NCBI GenBank assembly: GCA_964371055.1
Contig: CAYJLF010000025.1
Span: 10,029 to 74,028 of the forward strand
Direction of reading: 5' to 3'
DNA length: 64,000 nt
Origin: an uncultured bacterium
GTDB taxonomy: Bacteria > Eisenbacteria > RBG-16-71-46 > CAIMUX01
Shown here: positions 9,746-19,639 of the stretch, piece after piece
Layout of the letters: every line of letters begins with the position of its first letter
Position numbering within the stretch: the stretch's first letter is position 1
Made by a program: the position numbers and the translations under genes
Notes under the pieces: generated by a model
Told to the model about the DNA's origin: nothing
What the model saw: only the letters and a program-made list of their open reading frames with translations
Databases searched by the model: none

Positions 9746-9772
9746 CCCGGGCGGCGGACGGGAGAAGACGTC

Positions 9773-10777
9773 GTGGCCAACATCCTTTCGCAGGAAGAGA
9801 TCGACGCCCTGCTCGGAGTGGTGGAGGGGGATTCGCCCGAGGCGGAACACCCGTCACCCGTCGAGGCACGGCCGGCGCCGACCTACCTGCCGTACGATTT
9901 CCGCCGGCCGAACCGGGTGTCGAAGGAACAACTGCGCTACTTCCAGACGATCCATGAGACCTTCGCGCGCTCCTTCGGCAACGCCCTGTCCGGCCACCTG
10001 CGGACCATCGTCGATATCGACATCGTTTCGGCCGACCAGCTCACCTACGGGGAGTATGTCCTGTCGCTGCCGGCGTCGACGGCGCTCTTCGTCTTCGACA
10101 TGCGCCCGCTGGACGGCAACGGCGTGTTGGAGATGAACCCGTCGGTCATCCTGATGATGATCGAGCGGCTCTTCGGCGGCGCGGGCGCGGCCTCGAGCCT
10201 CAGCCGCGACCTGACCGCGATCGAGACCGCGGTCGTGACCAAGCTGGTCAACGTCGGCCTGGACGAGTTGGGTGCGGCGTGGGAAAAGGTCTCGCCGATG
10301 AAGCCGCGGCTCGCCGAGCTGATGAAGAACCCGCAGATGCTGCAGCTTCTGCCGAACACCGAGACGGTGATCCTGATCACCTTCGAACTGCGCCTCGGGG
10401 AATCCGCCGGCATCCTGTCGCTCTGTTACCCCTACCTTTCGCTCGAGCCGATCCTTCCGAACATGAGTTCCCGGGGGGCTCTGCTGGGCCAGAAGACCCG
10501 TGTCGTCGAACACGGCCGCGAGTGGATCGAGCACCGGCTGCGCCAGTCCTTGATGTCGATGTCGGCCGAACTGGGGCGCACCGAGCTGACGGTGAAGGAG
10601 TTCCTTCACCTTCGCCCGGGCGATGTGATCACGCTCGACCGCGAGGTCCACGATCCGGTCGATCTCCTGGTGGAGGGAGAACGGAAAGCGTTGGCTCGCC
10701 CCGGCCTGCGCGGTCGCAAGCGCGCCGTGCGTCTGGAAACCCTGATCGGGAAGGGAGACCTAGAGGATGAGTCCTGA
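9773..10777 (+). CDS. fliM: Flagellar motor switch protein FliM (GTG start)
   Basis: The N-terminal CheY-P-binding motif (LSQEEIDALLG) and the FliM middle domain (ETVILITFELRLGESAGILSLCYPYLSLEPIL) are both present. Confidence 0.9.
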   Translation: MANILSQEEIDALLGVVEGDSPEAEHPSPVEARPAPTYLPYDFRRPNRVSKEQLRYFQTIHETFARSFGNALSGHLRTIVDIDIVSADQLTYGEYVLSLPASTALFVFDMRPLDGNGVLEMNPSVILMMIERLFGGAGAASSLSRDLTAIETAVVTKLVNVGLDELGAAWEKVSPMKPRLAELMKNPQMLQLLPNTETVILITFELRLGESAGILSLCYPYLSLEPILPNMSSRGALLGQKTRVVEHGREWIEHRLRQSLMSMSAELGRTELTVKEFLHLRPGDVITLDREVHDPVDLLVEGERKALARPGLRGRKRAVRLETLIGKGDLEDES

Positions 10778-11495
10778 CCAAGACAACCCGGCCGGCGGCG
10801 GCCCGGGCGACATCAGCGAGGACGAACTCCGCAAGATCCTCGGGGACGACTACGACTCGGTCATCGGCGCCGGGGAATCCGCCGGTGCGGAGGATGCGTC
10901 GTCCGCGGATAGCCGGGCGGAATCCGGCTCCGGCGCGGCCGGCCCGTCCGCGCCCGACGCCGCGGCGGCCGCTCCTCCGGCCGCCCCGTCCGCGGGAGCC
11001 GGCGCGGCGCCGTCGGCCTCGGCCGAAGCGGTGCAGCCGAACATGACGGACGCCGAGGCCGAAGCCTGGGCCGCGCAGATGGAAGCGGAGATGGAACGCG
11101 ACGCGGCGCTGCCGGCGTCGGCCCCGCCGGTGGCCTCCGCGGCGGCCCCACCGGCCCGCGGTGGCGCGGCGATCCCTCCGCCGGTCGTGCAGCCGATCCA
11201 CTTCGGCCAGCTCGAGGACGGCGGGGCGCGGGTCCAGGGGGGGATCGATCTCCTCCTCGACGTGAAGCTGCCGATCTCGGTCGAACTGGGACGCGCTGAG
11301 ATGGAGGTCAAAGACATCCTCCAGTGCGCTCCCGGGACGGTCATTGAACTGAACAAGCTGGCCGGTGAGCCGGTCGACGTCTACATCAACGGCCGGATGG
11401 TCGCGCAGGGCGAAGTGGTGGTGGTCGAGGAGCACTTCGGTGTGCGCGTCACCAGCCTCCTGACGCCCGGCGATCGCGTCAGGAGCCTCGCGTGA
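10767..11495 (+). CDS. fliN: Flagellar motor switch protein FliN/FliY family, 242 aa, with an Ala/Pro-rich N-terminal extension
   Basis: The C-terminal SpoA/FliN domain is present (LLLDVKLPISVELGRAEMEVKDILQCAPGTVIELNKLAGEPVDVYINGRMVAQGEVVVVEEHFGVRVTSLL). The start overlaps the end of fliM. Confidence 0.9.
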   Translation: MSPDQDNPAGGGPGDISEDELRKILGDDYDSVIGAGESAGAEDASSADSRAESGSGAAGPSAPDAAAAAPPAAPSAGAGAAPSASAEAVQPNMTDAEAEAWAAQMEAEMERDAALPASAPPVASAAAPPARGGAAIPPPVVQPIHFGQLEDGGARVQGGIDLLLDVKLPISVELGRAEMEVKDILQCAPGTVIELNKLAGEPVDVYINGRMVAQGEVVVVEEHFGVRVTSLLTPGDRVRSLA

Positions 11496-12091
11496 GCCCC
11501 GAGATCCCCGGATCAGGACTCCTCATTCTCAAGTTGGGGTTGTCGCTCGCCCTCGTCGTCGGTCTGATCCTGGCGCTGCAGCGGGTCGCGCGGCGGTATG
11601 GAGGATCGCTCGGGGCCGCGCCGGGCGCCGACCAGATCCGCCTGCTCAGTCAGCGCGCGGTGGGACCTCGCCTCTCGCTGGCGGTTGTCGAGGTGAAGGG
11701 GAAGACCCTCCTGGTGGGAATCTCCCCGCAGGGGATCCGCCGCGTGGCTGATCTCGGGCGGGTGGAGCGCGAGGGGCGGGGAGCCGAAGCGCTCGCCGCG
11801 AAGAGCGCCGAGACCGGCGCGGCGCGCTCCCTCCAAGGCCTCCCGTGGCTGGCGTGGACCCGCCGTCTGGTCCGCCCGTGCGCTCCCGCGCCGGCGGCGT
11901 CGAGCGGGGTGAGTCCGACCGGGTCGCTGTCGATTTCGGGCCTCGAGCGCCGCGCCCGACGCGCCGCGCCGGTCCCGGCCGGGCCGCTCGCCTTCGAGCA
12001 GGAGATGGCGAACCGCCTCTCCTCGGTCCGCGCGCGCTATCGGTTCGTCTCGGATCTCGAGGCGGATCTCGAGGAGGCCCGGCGCGGATGA
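11492..12091 (+). CDS. fliO: Flagellar biosynthesis protein FliO/FliZ. The C-terminal extent is uncertain.
   Basis: It has a single N-terminal transmembrane segment (LLILKLGLSLALVVGLILALQ) and a FliO-like motif (RLSLAVVEVKGKTLLVGISPQGI). The GTG start overlaps the fliN stop, and the gene lies between fliN and fliP. Confidence 0.6.
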   Translation: MSPEIPGSGLLILKLGLSLALVVGLILALQRVARRYGGSLGAAPGADQIRLLSQRAVGPRLSLAVVEVKGKTLLVGISPQGIRRVADLGRVEREGRGAEALAAKSAETGAARSLQGLPWLAWTRRLVRPCAPAPAASSGVSPTGSLSISGLERRARRAAPVPAGPLAFEQEMANRLSSVRARYRFVSDLEADLEEARRG

Positions 12092-12165
12092 AGCCGAGAA
12101 CCACCGATCGCCGGTGCCCCGATTCCTCCTCCGCCGGCCGTCCCTCCGTGCGCGGAGGCGGTTTG

Positions 12166-12909
12166 ATGCGCGCACTCTCTTCCCCGTGGCCCTTCCTCGC
12201 CGCGCTCCTGCTGCTGGCGCTCGCCTCTCCGGCGCTGGCCGACCCGACGCTCCGCCTCACCGTCGAGGAGGGCGGGCGCAAGGAGATGGCGACCACGCTG
12301 CAGATCCTGCTGCTCCTGACCGTTCTCTCCCTCGTCCCGGCGATCCTCCTGATGGCGACGTCGTTCGCGCGGATCGTCGTCGTTCTCTCGTTCCTGCGCC
12401 AGGCGATGGCGACTCCCCAGGTGCCGCCGAACCAGGTGCTGCTCGGCCTGGCCCTCTTTCTCACCCTCTTCGTGATGGGACCGACGGTCGACCAGGTGCA
12501 CCAGGACGCGGTCCGTCCCTATCTCGACGGGAGCATGACGAGTCTCGAGGCGCTGCAGAAGGGCGCCGGGCCGGTGCGCGAGTTCATGCTGAAGCAGACG
12601 CGCGAGAAGGATCTCGCCCTCTTCGTGCAGCTCTCGAAGCGTCCCCGGCCGCAGACGCCGGATGAGCTGCCGCTCAGCGTCATCACCCCGGCCTTCATGA
12701 TCTCGGAGCTGAAGACCGCGTTCCAGATCGGCTTCATGCTCTATCTCCCGTTTCTCATCATCGACCTGGTCGTGGCCTCGATCCTGATGTCGATGGGGAT
12801 GCTGATGCTGCCGCCGGCGATGATCTCACTGCCGTTCAAGATCCTGCTCTTCGTGCTGGTCGACGGCTGGAACCTGGTCGTCCGGTCGCTGGTGGCCGGG
12901 TTCAAGTAG
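12166..12909 (+). CDS. fliP: Flagellar export apparatus protein FliP. An alternative ATG at 12088 overlaps the fliO stop.
   Basis: A signal peptide (MRALSSPWPFLAALLLLALASPALA) is followed by conserved FliP core sequence (LQILLLLTVLSLVPAILLMATSFARIVVVLSFLRQAMATPQVPPNQVL). Confidence 0.9.
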   Translation: MRALSSPWPFLAALLLLALASPALADPTLRLTVEEGGRKEMATTLQILLLLTVLSLVPAILLMATSFARIVVVLSFLRQAMATPQVPPNQVLLGLALFLTLFVMGPTVDQVHQDAVRPYLDGSMTSLEALQKGAGPVREFMLKQTREKDLALFVQLSKRPRPQTPDELPLSVITPAFMISELKTAFQIGFMLYLPFLIIDLVVASILMSMGMLMLPPAMISLPFKILLFVLVDGWNLVVRSLVAGFK

Positions 12910-12921
12910 GAGGATCGTTCC

Positions 12922-13188
12922 ATGAGTCCCAACGACGCCATCGTCCTCTTTCAGAAGGCGCTCTGGATGTCCCTCCTGGTGGCCGCGCCGATGCTCCTCT
13001 TCGGTCTCGTGGCCGGGCTCATCGTCTCGATCTTCCAGGCCGTGACGCAGATCCAGGAGATGACCCTGACGTTCATCCCGAAGATTCTCGCGGTCGTGCT
13101 GTCGCTCTTCATCTTCATGCCCTGGATGCTGAACCAGATGATCCGCTACACGACGGAGACCTACGGCCGCATCGCGCTTTTGCCGTAG
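12922..13188 (+). CDS. fliQ: Flagellar export apparatus protein FliQ
   Basis: This is an 88-aa two-transmembrane protein with the FliQ signature (MSPNDAIVLFQKALWMSLLVAAPMLLFGLVAGLIVSIFQAVTQIQEMTLTFIPKI). Confidence 0.9.
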   Translation: MSPNDAIVLFQKALWMSLLVAAPMLLFGLVAGLIVSIFQAVTQIQEMTLTFIPKILAVVLSLFIFMPWMLNQMIRYTTETYGRIALLP

Positions 13189-13215
13189 CCGCGGCGCGCG
13201 GGCGCGAGGGAAACG

Positions 13216-13986
13216 ATGCCTCTGCCGCCGATCGACGGAGTCGAGACCTTTCTCCTGGTGCTGGTCCGGTGCCTCACCTTCTGGGGCATCGGTCCGCTCC
13301 TGGCCGATCGGAAGATCCCGCCCCAGATCAAACTGCTGGGCGCCCTCGCCACCGCCATCGCGATCTGGCCGACGGTCGATCCCACCGGATGGGTCATGGA
13401 GCCCTCGGCGGTCGGCCTCGCCATGCTGATCGCGCGCGAGGTCATCCTCGGCGCGGCTCTGGGTCTGACTGCATCGCTGGTCTTTCTGGGGGTGCGCACG
13501 GCCGGGAGTCTGCTCGGGATCCAGATGGGCTTCTCCTTCGCGAATGTGATCGATCCGAACACCTCGACCGAGGTGTCGGTCCTGGCGGAGATGCAGGAAA
13601 TGCTGGCCGTCTTCCTTTTCCTCCTCGTGGACGGCCACCACCTCCTCTTCCGGGCCCTCGCCTTCTCGCTCGAACGGGTCCCGCCCGGCGGGGCGATCGA
13701 CACCACCCGCCTCTGCGGGGCGGTTCTCCCCATGGCCGGGACGGTCTTCCAGGCCACCCTCCAGATCGGCGCCCCGGTCCTCGGTGCCCTGTTTCTGACC
13801 GACGCCGCCTTGGGATTTGTCGCCCGGGCGGTCCCCCAGATGAACGTCTTCATCGTCGGAATCCCGGTGAAGATCGGGGCCGGATTGCTGTTACTCATTG
13901 TCACAGCGCCGCTTTTCGCCCGCCTGCTGCAGTGGCAGTTCGCCGCCCTCGAGGGCCGCCTTCAGACCGTTCTCCTTGGCATGTAG
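13216..13986 (+). CDS. fliR: Flagellar export apparatus protein FliR
   Basis: This is a 256-aa polytopic membrane protein following fliQ, with FliR-like motifs (AREVILGAALGLTASLVFLGVRTAGSLLGIQMGFSFANVIDP). Confidence 0.9.
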   Translation: MPLPPIDGVETFLLVLVRCLTFWGIGPLLADRKIPPQIKLLGALATAIAIWPTVDPTGWVMEPSAVGLAMLIAREVILGAALGLTASLVFLGVRTAGSLLGIQMGFSFANVIDPNTSTEVSVLAEMQEMLAVFLFLLVDGHHLLFRALAFSLERVPPGGAIDTTRLCGAVLPMAGTVFQATLQIGAPVLGALFLTDAALGFVARAVPQMNVFIVGIPVKIGAGLLLLIVTAPLFARLLQWQFAALEGRLQTVLLGM

Positions 13987-14046
13987 CTTGCGCTTCTGCC
14001 CTTGCTCCCGCCTCGTCGGCCGGGGCGGATCCATGGGGGTTGAGTC

Positions 14047-15132
14047 TTGGCCAACGAGACCTTCGGCGAGCGCACCGAGAGGGCGACACCCAAAAGGCGG
14101 GAAGAAGCCCGCCGGCAGGGACAGGTCCCCCGCTCCACCGAACTGACCCACGCGCTGGTCCTCCTGGTCGGAGTCGGCGTCCTCGCCGCCCTCGGAGGCC
14201 GGATGCTGCGCGGGCTGTCGGAGCTGGTTCGCGTGCAACTGGCCGGGGCGACCGCCTCGGCCGTCTCGGTCGAGGGGGTCTACGTGCTCTTCCAGCGGCT
14301 GTCGATGCAGATCCTCATGGTGATGCTGCCGCTGGTCCTGGCGTTGATCCTGATCGGGCTCTCCTCGAACGTGCTGCAGGTCGGCTTCATGGTAACGGCG
14401 CGGCCCCTGACTCCGCGCTGGTCGGCGATCAACCCGATCGAGGGATTCAAGCGGATCTTCTCGCTGCGCTCGGTGACCGAACTGGTCAAGGCGCTGCTCA
14501 AAGTCGGGCTGATCGGCCTCATCGCCTGGACCACGGTCAAGGCCGACCTGGAGCAGCTCGTCCCTTTGATCGGAGCCGACGGCACTCTCCTCCTCTCCCG
14601 CGTCGGCGCCGCCACCGTGAAGCTCGGCCTCAGGGTCGGCGCCGCTCTCCTCGTGCTCGCCATCCTCGACTACGGCTACCAGCGCTGGGAGTACGAGCGC
14701 TCGATCCGCATGAGCCGCCAGGAAGTCGAAGAGGAGCAGAAGCAGCAGGACGGCGACCCGCAGGTGAAGTCGCGCATCCGCCAGATGCAGCGCCAGCTTT
14801 CGCGCCGGCGAATGATGACGGCTGTGCCGACGGCGGACGTCGTCATCACCAACCCGACGCATGTCGCGGTGGCCCTGAAGTACGACCGCGTGACGATGGC
14901 CGCGCCGGTCGTGGTCGCCAAGGGGATGCGCAAACTCGCGCAGCGGATCAAGGAGACCGCGCGGGAGCATCACGTGCCGATCGTGGAGGATCCGCCGCTC
15001 GCCCGCCTGCTCTATCGCGAGGCGGAGCTCGACCGGCCGATCCCGGTGTCCCTCTACCAGGCGGTGGCGCAGGTTCTGGCCCACGTCTGGCGGTTGCGGG
15101 CGCGCCTGGCGGGCGGAGCGGCGGCGCGGTAA
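14047..15132 (+). CDS. flhB: Flagellar export switch protein FlhB (TTG start)
   Basis: The N-terminus (ERTERATPKRREEARRQGQVPRS) and the NPTH autocleavage motif (VVITNPTHVAVALKY) are both present. Confidence 0.9.
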   Translation: MANETFGERTERATPKRREEARRQGQVPRSTELTHALVLLVGVGVLAALGGRMLRGLSELVRVQLAGATASAVSVEGVYVLFQRLSMQILMVMLPLVLALILIGLSSNVLQVGFMVTARPLTPRWSAINPIEGFKRIFSLRSVTELVKALLKVGLIGLIAWTTVKADLEQLVPLIGADGTLLLSRVGAATVKLGLRVGAALLVLAILDYGYQRWEYERSIRMSRQEVEEEQKQQDGDPQVKSRIRQMQRQLSRRRMMTAVPTADVVITNPTHVAVALKYDRVTMAAPVVVAKGMRKLAQRIKETAREHHVPIVEDPPLARLLYREAELDRPIPVSLYQAVAQVLAHVWRLRARLAGGAAAR

Positions 15133-15165
15133 CGCCGCCGGTCGTTGAACGGAGAGAGGTGGGGC

Positions 15166-17241
15166 ATGGCCGAGACGACACGCAATCAGAACGGCGGACG
15201 GAGCGACCTCGTGGTCGCGGCCGCGGTTCTGCTCGTGCTCGCCATCATGATCCTGCCGGTGGCGACCTGGGTGCTCGACCTCCTCCTCATCCTCAACATC
15301 GCCGTCGCGCTCATCATCCTCATGGTCACGATCTACATCGCGCAGCCGCTCCGCTTCAACGTCTTCCCGACGCTGCTCCTCCTGGCCACGCTCTACCGCC
15401 TGGCGGTCAACGTCGCCTCGACCCGGACGATCCTGCTGGAGGGGTACGGTGGCCGGGTCATCGAAGCGTTCGGCAACTTCGTCGTCGGCGGGAACTACGC
15501 GGTCGGGATCATCGCGTTTCTCATCCTGACCATCATCCAGTTCGTCGTCATCACCAAGGGAGCGGGGCGGATCGCCGAGGTCGCCGCGCGCTTCACCCTC
15601 GACGCCATGCCGGGGCGCCAGATGGCGATCGACGCCGATCTCAACGCCGGACTGATCGACGAGCACGAGGCGCGGACCCGCCGCCAGGAGATCACGCGCC
15701 AGGCCGACTTCTACGGCGCGATGGACGGAGCGGCCAAGTTCGTCCGCGGTGACTCGATCGCGGCGCTCATCATCGTGGCGATCAACATCCTCGGCGGATT
15801 CGTCGTCGGCGTCCTGCAGCGCGGCATGGGGATGGGCGAGGCGCTGCGCACCTTCACGCTCCTCACGGTCGGCGACGGACTGGTCGCGCAGATCCCGGCG
15901 CTCGTGATCTCGACCGCGTCGGGCATCCTGATCACCCGCAGCGAAGGACAGGGAACGCTGGGGCGCGCGCTGAGCGGGCAGCTCTTCAGCGAGCCGCGGG
16001 CGGCGATGGTGGCGGGCGGGATCCTCGCCCTGCTCGGCCTGGTGCCGGGACTCCCGACGCTGCCGTTCCTCGTGCTGGGCGGGGCCGCGGCCACCGCCGG
16101 CCTGATGGCGCGGCGTTCCCACGCGGCCGAGGAGAAGGAGGTCGAAGCGCAGGAGCGCACCAAGACCGCGCAGACACCCGAACGGGTCGAGAAGCTGATC
16201 TCGGTCGACGCGCTCGAACTGGAAATCGGCTTCGGGTTGATCCCGCTGGTCGACGAGGCGCGCGAGGGAGGCGACCTCCTGCGGCGGGTCACCCTGGTGC
16301 GGCGGCAGTGCGCGACCGAGCTGGGTCTCGTCGTTCCGCCGGTGCGCGTGCGCGACAACATCCGCCTGCCGCAGGACGTCTACGTGGTCCTGTTGAAGGG
16401 CATCGAGGTCGCGCGCGGCAGCATCATGATGGGCCAGGAGCTGGCCATGTCGCCGGGGGCCGGCGCGATCCCGATCGAGGGGGTGGAGACCAAGGAACCG
16501 GTCTTCGGGCTCTCCGCAGTCTGGATCCGGCCCGAGCGGCGCGGCGAGGCCGAGGTGGCGGGCTACACCGTCGTCGAACCCTCCGCCGTCATCGCGACCC
16601 ACCTGGCCGAGACGATCAAGGCGCATGCCGAAGAGATCCTCGGGCGTCAGGAAGTCCAGTCGATCGTCGACCAGGTCAAGCAGCGCTACCCGGCCGTAGT
16701 CGAGGAGCTGATCCCCGGGCAGATGACGCTCGGCGGCGTGCAGAAGGTGCTGCAGCGGCTGCTGCGGGAGCGGATCAGCATCCGCGACATGGTGACGATC
16801 CTCGAGACCCTGGCCGACCACGCGGCGACCATCAAGGACCCCGACACTCTGACCGAGCGGGTGCGCGAGGCGCTGGGGCGCGCGATCACGCATCAATATC
16901 GGGACGACCGCGGCACGCTGTCGGTCGTCGCGCTGGAGCCGGCGCTCGAGCAGGAGCTGATCCAGTCGGTGAAGCCGGCCGACGGAGGCGCCCGCCTCGC
17001 CCTGCTCCCCGAGCCGGCCCGGCGCGTCCTGGACGGCATTTCGCGCGCGGTCCACCAGGCCCTCGCCCAGACCGGTCAGCCGGCGATCCTCTGTTCTCCC
17101 TACCTGCGCCCCTACCTGCGCGGCTTCCTCGAGCGGGCGCTGCCGCACGTGCCGGTCCTTTCCTACGCGGAGGTGATCTCGGCGGGCACGGTCCGCACGG
17201 TCGCCCTGGTGAAGGCGGAACATGCACATCAAGAAGTTTGA
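15166..17241 (+). CDS. flhA: Flagellar export gate protein FlhA
   Basis: Conserved FlhA transmembrane and FHIPEP motifs are present (FTLDAMPGRQMAIDADLNAGLIDEHEARTRRQEITRQADFYGAMDGAAKFVRGD). An RBS (GGAGAGAGG) precedes the ATG at 15166. Confidence 0.95.
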   Translation: MAETTRNQNGGRSDLVVAAAVLLVLAIMILPVATWVLDLLLILNIAVALIILMVTIYIAQPLRFNVFPTLLLLATLYRLAVNVASTRTILLEGYGGRVIEAFGNFVVGGNYAVGIIAFLILTIIQFVVITKGAGRIAEVAARFTLDAMPGRQMAIDADLNAGLIDEHEARTRRQEITRQADFYGAMDGAAKFVRGDSIAALIIVAINILGGFVVGVLQRGMGMGEALRTFTLLTVGDGLVAQIPALVISTASGILITRSEGQGTLGRALSGQLFSEPRAAMVAGGILALLGLVPGLPTLPFLVLGGAAATAGLMARRSHAAEEKEVEAQERTKTAQTPERVEKLISVDALELEIGFGLIPLVDEAREGGDLLRRVTLVRRQCATELGLVVPPVRVRDNIRLPQDVYVVLLKGIEVARGSIMMGQELAMSPGAGAIPIEGVETKEPVFGLSAVWIRPERRGEAEVAGYTVVEPSAVIATHLAETIKAHAEEILGRQEVQSIVDQVKQRYPAVVEELIPGQMTLGGVQKVLQRLLRERISIRDMVTILETLADHAATIKDPDTLTERVREALGRAITHQYRDDRGTLSVVALEPALEQELIQSVKPADGGARLALLPEPARRVLDGISRAVHQALAQTGQPAILCSPYLRPYLRGFLERALPHVPVLSYAEVISAGTVRTVALVKAEHAHQEV

Positions 17242-18409
17242 GGCGCGCGACCTGTCGGATGCGCTGGCCCGCATCCGCGATGAGCTGGGCCCGGAGGCGG
17301 TCATCCTCGAGACCGCCCCGCGGTCGAAGCCGGGTCGCGGCGTCACGGTCCTGGCCGCGTTACCGCGCGAAGGAAGCGGCGACGGGACCGAGACTGCCAC
17401 GAAGACCCTGCTGCGCCGCTCGCTGCCCCGGCGCCTCCAGACGGCGGACGAGGCGTTGCCGTGGCCGACCCGGCGGGAGGAGCCCGAGAGCGGCCTCGAT
17501 CGGGAACCTCCGGTCGAACGGACCGAACTCGAGGACGAGGCCCGGGCGCTGCGCGCGCGCGTCGCTCATCTCAGCCGGCTCGTTCGCTCGGATCACTTCT
17601 CGACCGTGCCGCTCCCGCTGCGTCAGCTCTACTTCGATCTGACCGACGCCGAGGTCGATGCCGATCTCGTCTTCCGTCTCCTGACCCGGCTGGGTCGGGC
17701 TCCGATCCCCGGCCAGTTCACCCCATCCCCGCCGGACGAGCTCCTGGCGCACCTGCGCTCGCTCATCGCCTGCGGCGGGGTGGTCGCCGCCGGGGAAGCG
17801 CGACGCGTCATCGCCCTGGTCGGTCCGACTGGCGTGGGGAAGACGACCACCCTGGCTAAGATCGCCGGGCATGCCGCCTTCCGTCTCGGCCTCTCCGTTG
17901 CGCTCGTCTCGACCGATGCGTACCGGATCTTCGGCGCGCAACATCTCGCGACCTACGCCGCTCTGATGGGAGTGCCGTTCCATGTCGTCGGCTCGAGCGC
18001 CGAGCTTCGCTCCCTCCTGACGGGGAAGCTGGCGCGGTTCGATCTCGTCCTGATCGACACCTCCGGCCGTTCGCCGCGCGATCCCGCGGGGATCGACGAG
18101 ATCCAGCGCGTGCTGGCGGCCGATCCGCGCACCGAGGTCTTCCTGGCGCTGGCTGCCAATGCGCGGGCGCGCGATCTCGCCCTCGCGCTCGATGCCTTCT
18201 CCCTCCTCCCGGTGCGGCACCTCGTCTTCACCAAGCTGGACGAGGCGACCTCGACCGGACCGGCCTTCAGTCTCGCGCTCAAGGCGCGCCGGCCGGTGGC
18301 CTATCTCGGGACCGGACAGGGGGTCCCCGACGACCTCGAAGCCGCGACCCCGGCCGCGCTGACGCAGCAGCTGCTGCAGGAGGATCCGCATGCCGGATCA
18401 GGCCGATAA
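17222..18409 (+). CDS. flhF: Flagellar placement GTPase FlhF, of the SRP-type GTPase family
   Basis: The NG domain carries a P-loop (GPTGVGKTTTLAKIA) and a DTSGR motif (LIDTSGRSP). The start overlaps the end of flhA. Confidence 0.9.
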   Translation: MHIKKFEARDLSDALARIRDELGPEAVILETAPRSKPGRGVTVLAALPREGSGDGTETATKTLLRRSLPRRLQTADEALPWPTRREEPESGLDREPPVERTELEDEARALRARVAHLSRLVRSDHFSTVPLPLRQLYFDLTDAEVDADLVFRLLTRLGRAPIPGQFTPSPPDELLAHLRSLIACGGVVAAGEARRVIALVGPTGVGKTTTLAKIAGHAAFRLGLSVALVSTDAYRIFGAQHLATYAALMGVPFHVVGSSAELRSLLTGKLARFDLVLIDTSGRSPRDPAGIDEIQRVLAADPRTEVFLALAANARARDLALALDAFSLLPVRHLVFTKLDEATSTGPAFSLALKARRPVAYLGTGQGVPDDLEAATPAALTQQLLQEDPHAGSGR

Positions 18410-19319
18410 CCTCCGCCGGCTCCGGCTGGTCACAGGCGGTGCCGGTTCGGACGGACCGGCCGAAGGGCGCGGCCAGGGGCGGGACCTCCCCGAAGACCGG
18501 GTCGTGGCCCGGCCGACCATCCGCTCGATCGCGGTGACCAGCGGCAAGGGCGGCGTCGGCAAGACGTCGATCGCGACCAACCTGGCCTTGGCCTGCGCGC
18601 GGCGCGGGCGCCGCGTGCTCCTGGTCGATGGCGACCTTTCGCTGGCGAACGTCGACCTTCTCCTCGGCGTCGTGCCGCAGAAGAACCTCGGGGATGTCAT
18701 CTTCGGCCGCGCTTCCATCGAGGAAGTCGTCATCGACGCGGGCGAAGGGCTGCGTCTTCTGCCGTCCGGATCGGGAGTCGAGGAACTGGCCGATCTCGAT
18801 GATTTCCGCCGGGAACGACTGCTGCGCGAGCTGTCGCGCCTCGAGGCGGACACCGATCTGATCCTGCTCGACACGGGGTCGGGCATCGGACGCCAGACGA
18901 TTCACTTCGCCCGCGCCGCCGACCAGATTGTCGTCGTCACCACCCCGGAACCGACCGCCTTCAGCGATGCCTACGCCACGTTGAAGGTGCTGAGCCGCGG
19001 CCGCCTGCGCGGCCGTCCCGGCGTCCTCGTCAACATGGCCGCGAACGCGGAAGAGGGCGTCGAGACCGAGCGTCGGATCCGCCTCGTGGCCGAGCGATTC
19101 CTGCAGATGAAGCCGGAATACCTCGGGCACGTGCTGCTCGACAGCGCCGTCGGACGGGCCGTGCGGAAGCAGGAGCCCTTGCTCAAGGCCTTTCCGCGCA
19201 GCCCGGCCGCCGCCTGTCTCGAGAACCTGGCCGATCGCCTGCTGGGCCCCGGTGGGCCCGAGCCGGTGGCGGCCGATCCCGACGGATATTTCCTGAAGGT
19301 CGCCAACCTGGACGACTGA
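18390..19319 (+). CDS. flhG: MinD/ParA-family ATPase FlhG (FleN/YlxH), which regulates flagellar number
   Basis: A deviant Walker A motif (SGKGGVGKTSIATNLA) is present. The start overlaps the end of flhF, and the gene sits before fliA. Confidence 0.85.
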   Translation: MPDQADNLRRLRLVTGGAGSDGPAEGRGQGRDLPEDRVVARPTIRSIAVTSGKGGVGKTSIATNLALACARRGRRVLLVDGDLSLANVDLLLGVVPQKNLGDVIFGRASIEEVVIDAGEGLRLLPSGSGVEELADLDDFRRERLLRELSRLEADTDLILLDTGSGIGRQTIHFARAADQIVVVTTPEPTAFSDAYATLKVLSRGRLRGRPGVLVNMAANAEEGVETERRIRLVAERFLQMKPEYLGHVLLDSAVGRAVRKQEPLLKAFPRSPAAACLENLADRLLGPGGPEPVAADPDGYFLKVANLDD

Positions 19320-19339
19320 GCTCCAGCCGAGAGGATGCC

Positions 19340-19618
19340 ATGCAGCAGTGGATCGAACATGCCGCCCGGATCGCCGCTTTGGTCGCAGCCCTGTTGGCCG
19401 CCGCCGCCGGGGCCTGGCGTGACATCCCGCTCCTGCCGCTGGCCCTGCGCGTTCTGGTCACCGGTGCCACGGTGTACGCCTTCGCCCGCATCGCGGGCGA
19501 ACTGGCCGGCCGCGCCGTCCTCAACGGCGTGGCGCACGACGAGATGAAGAGGCAGGAAGCCCCGCGATCCGACACCGCCCCCGGGGAGGAGGCCCCGGTG
19601 GAGCGGGAAGCAGCCTAG
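19340..19618 (+). CDS. Small hypothetical membrane protein of 92 aa between flhG and fliA
   Basis: An ORF with an RBS (GAGAGGATGCC ATG), high GC3 and one or two hydrophobic helices. No homology was recognised. Confidence 0.35.
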   Translation: MQQWIEHAARIAALVAALLAAAAGAWRDIPLLPLALRVLVTGATVYAFARIAGELAGRAVLNGVAHDEMKRQEAPRSDTAPGEEAPVEREAA

Positions 19619-19639
19619 GCAGTCCACACGGAGGGAGTA

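Noticed and set aside
13269-15752. 827-aa + strand ORF in an alternative frame across fliR, flhB and flhA
   Set aside because: It is an overlapping frame of bona fide flagellar genes. The translation is Arg/Gly/Pro-rich nonsense with no conserved motifs.
13891-17400. 1169-aa ORF on the minus strand, and similar giant antisense ORFs at 18971-24475, 46976-49789, 477-2123, 20728-22755 and 60531-62426
   Set aside because: They lie antisense to genes with unmistakable conserved products such as FlhA, FlhF, the hybrid kinase and the sigma-54 activator. Their translations are Arg/Pro/Gly-rich low-complexity sequence typical of stop-codon-poor frames in 70% GC DNA.
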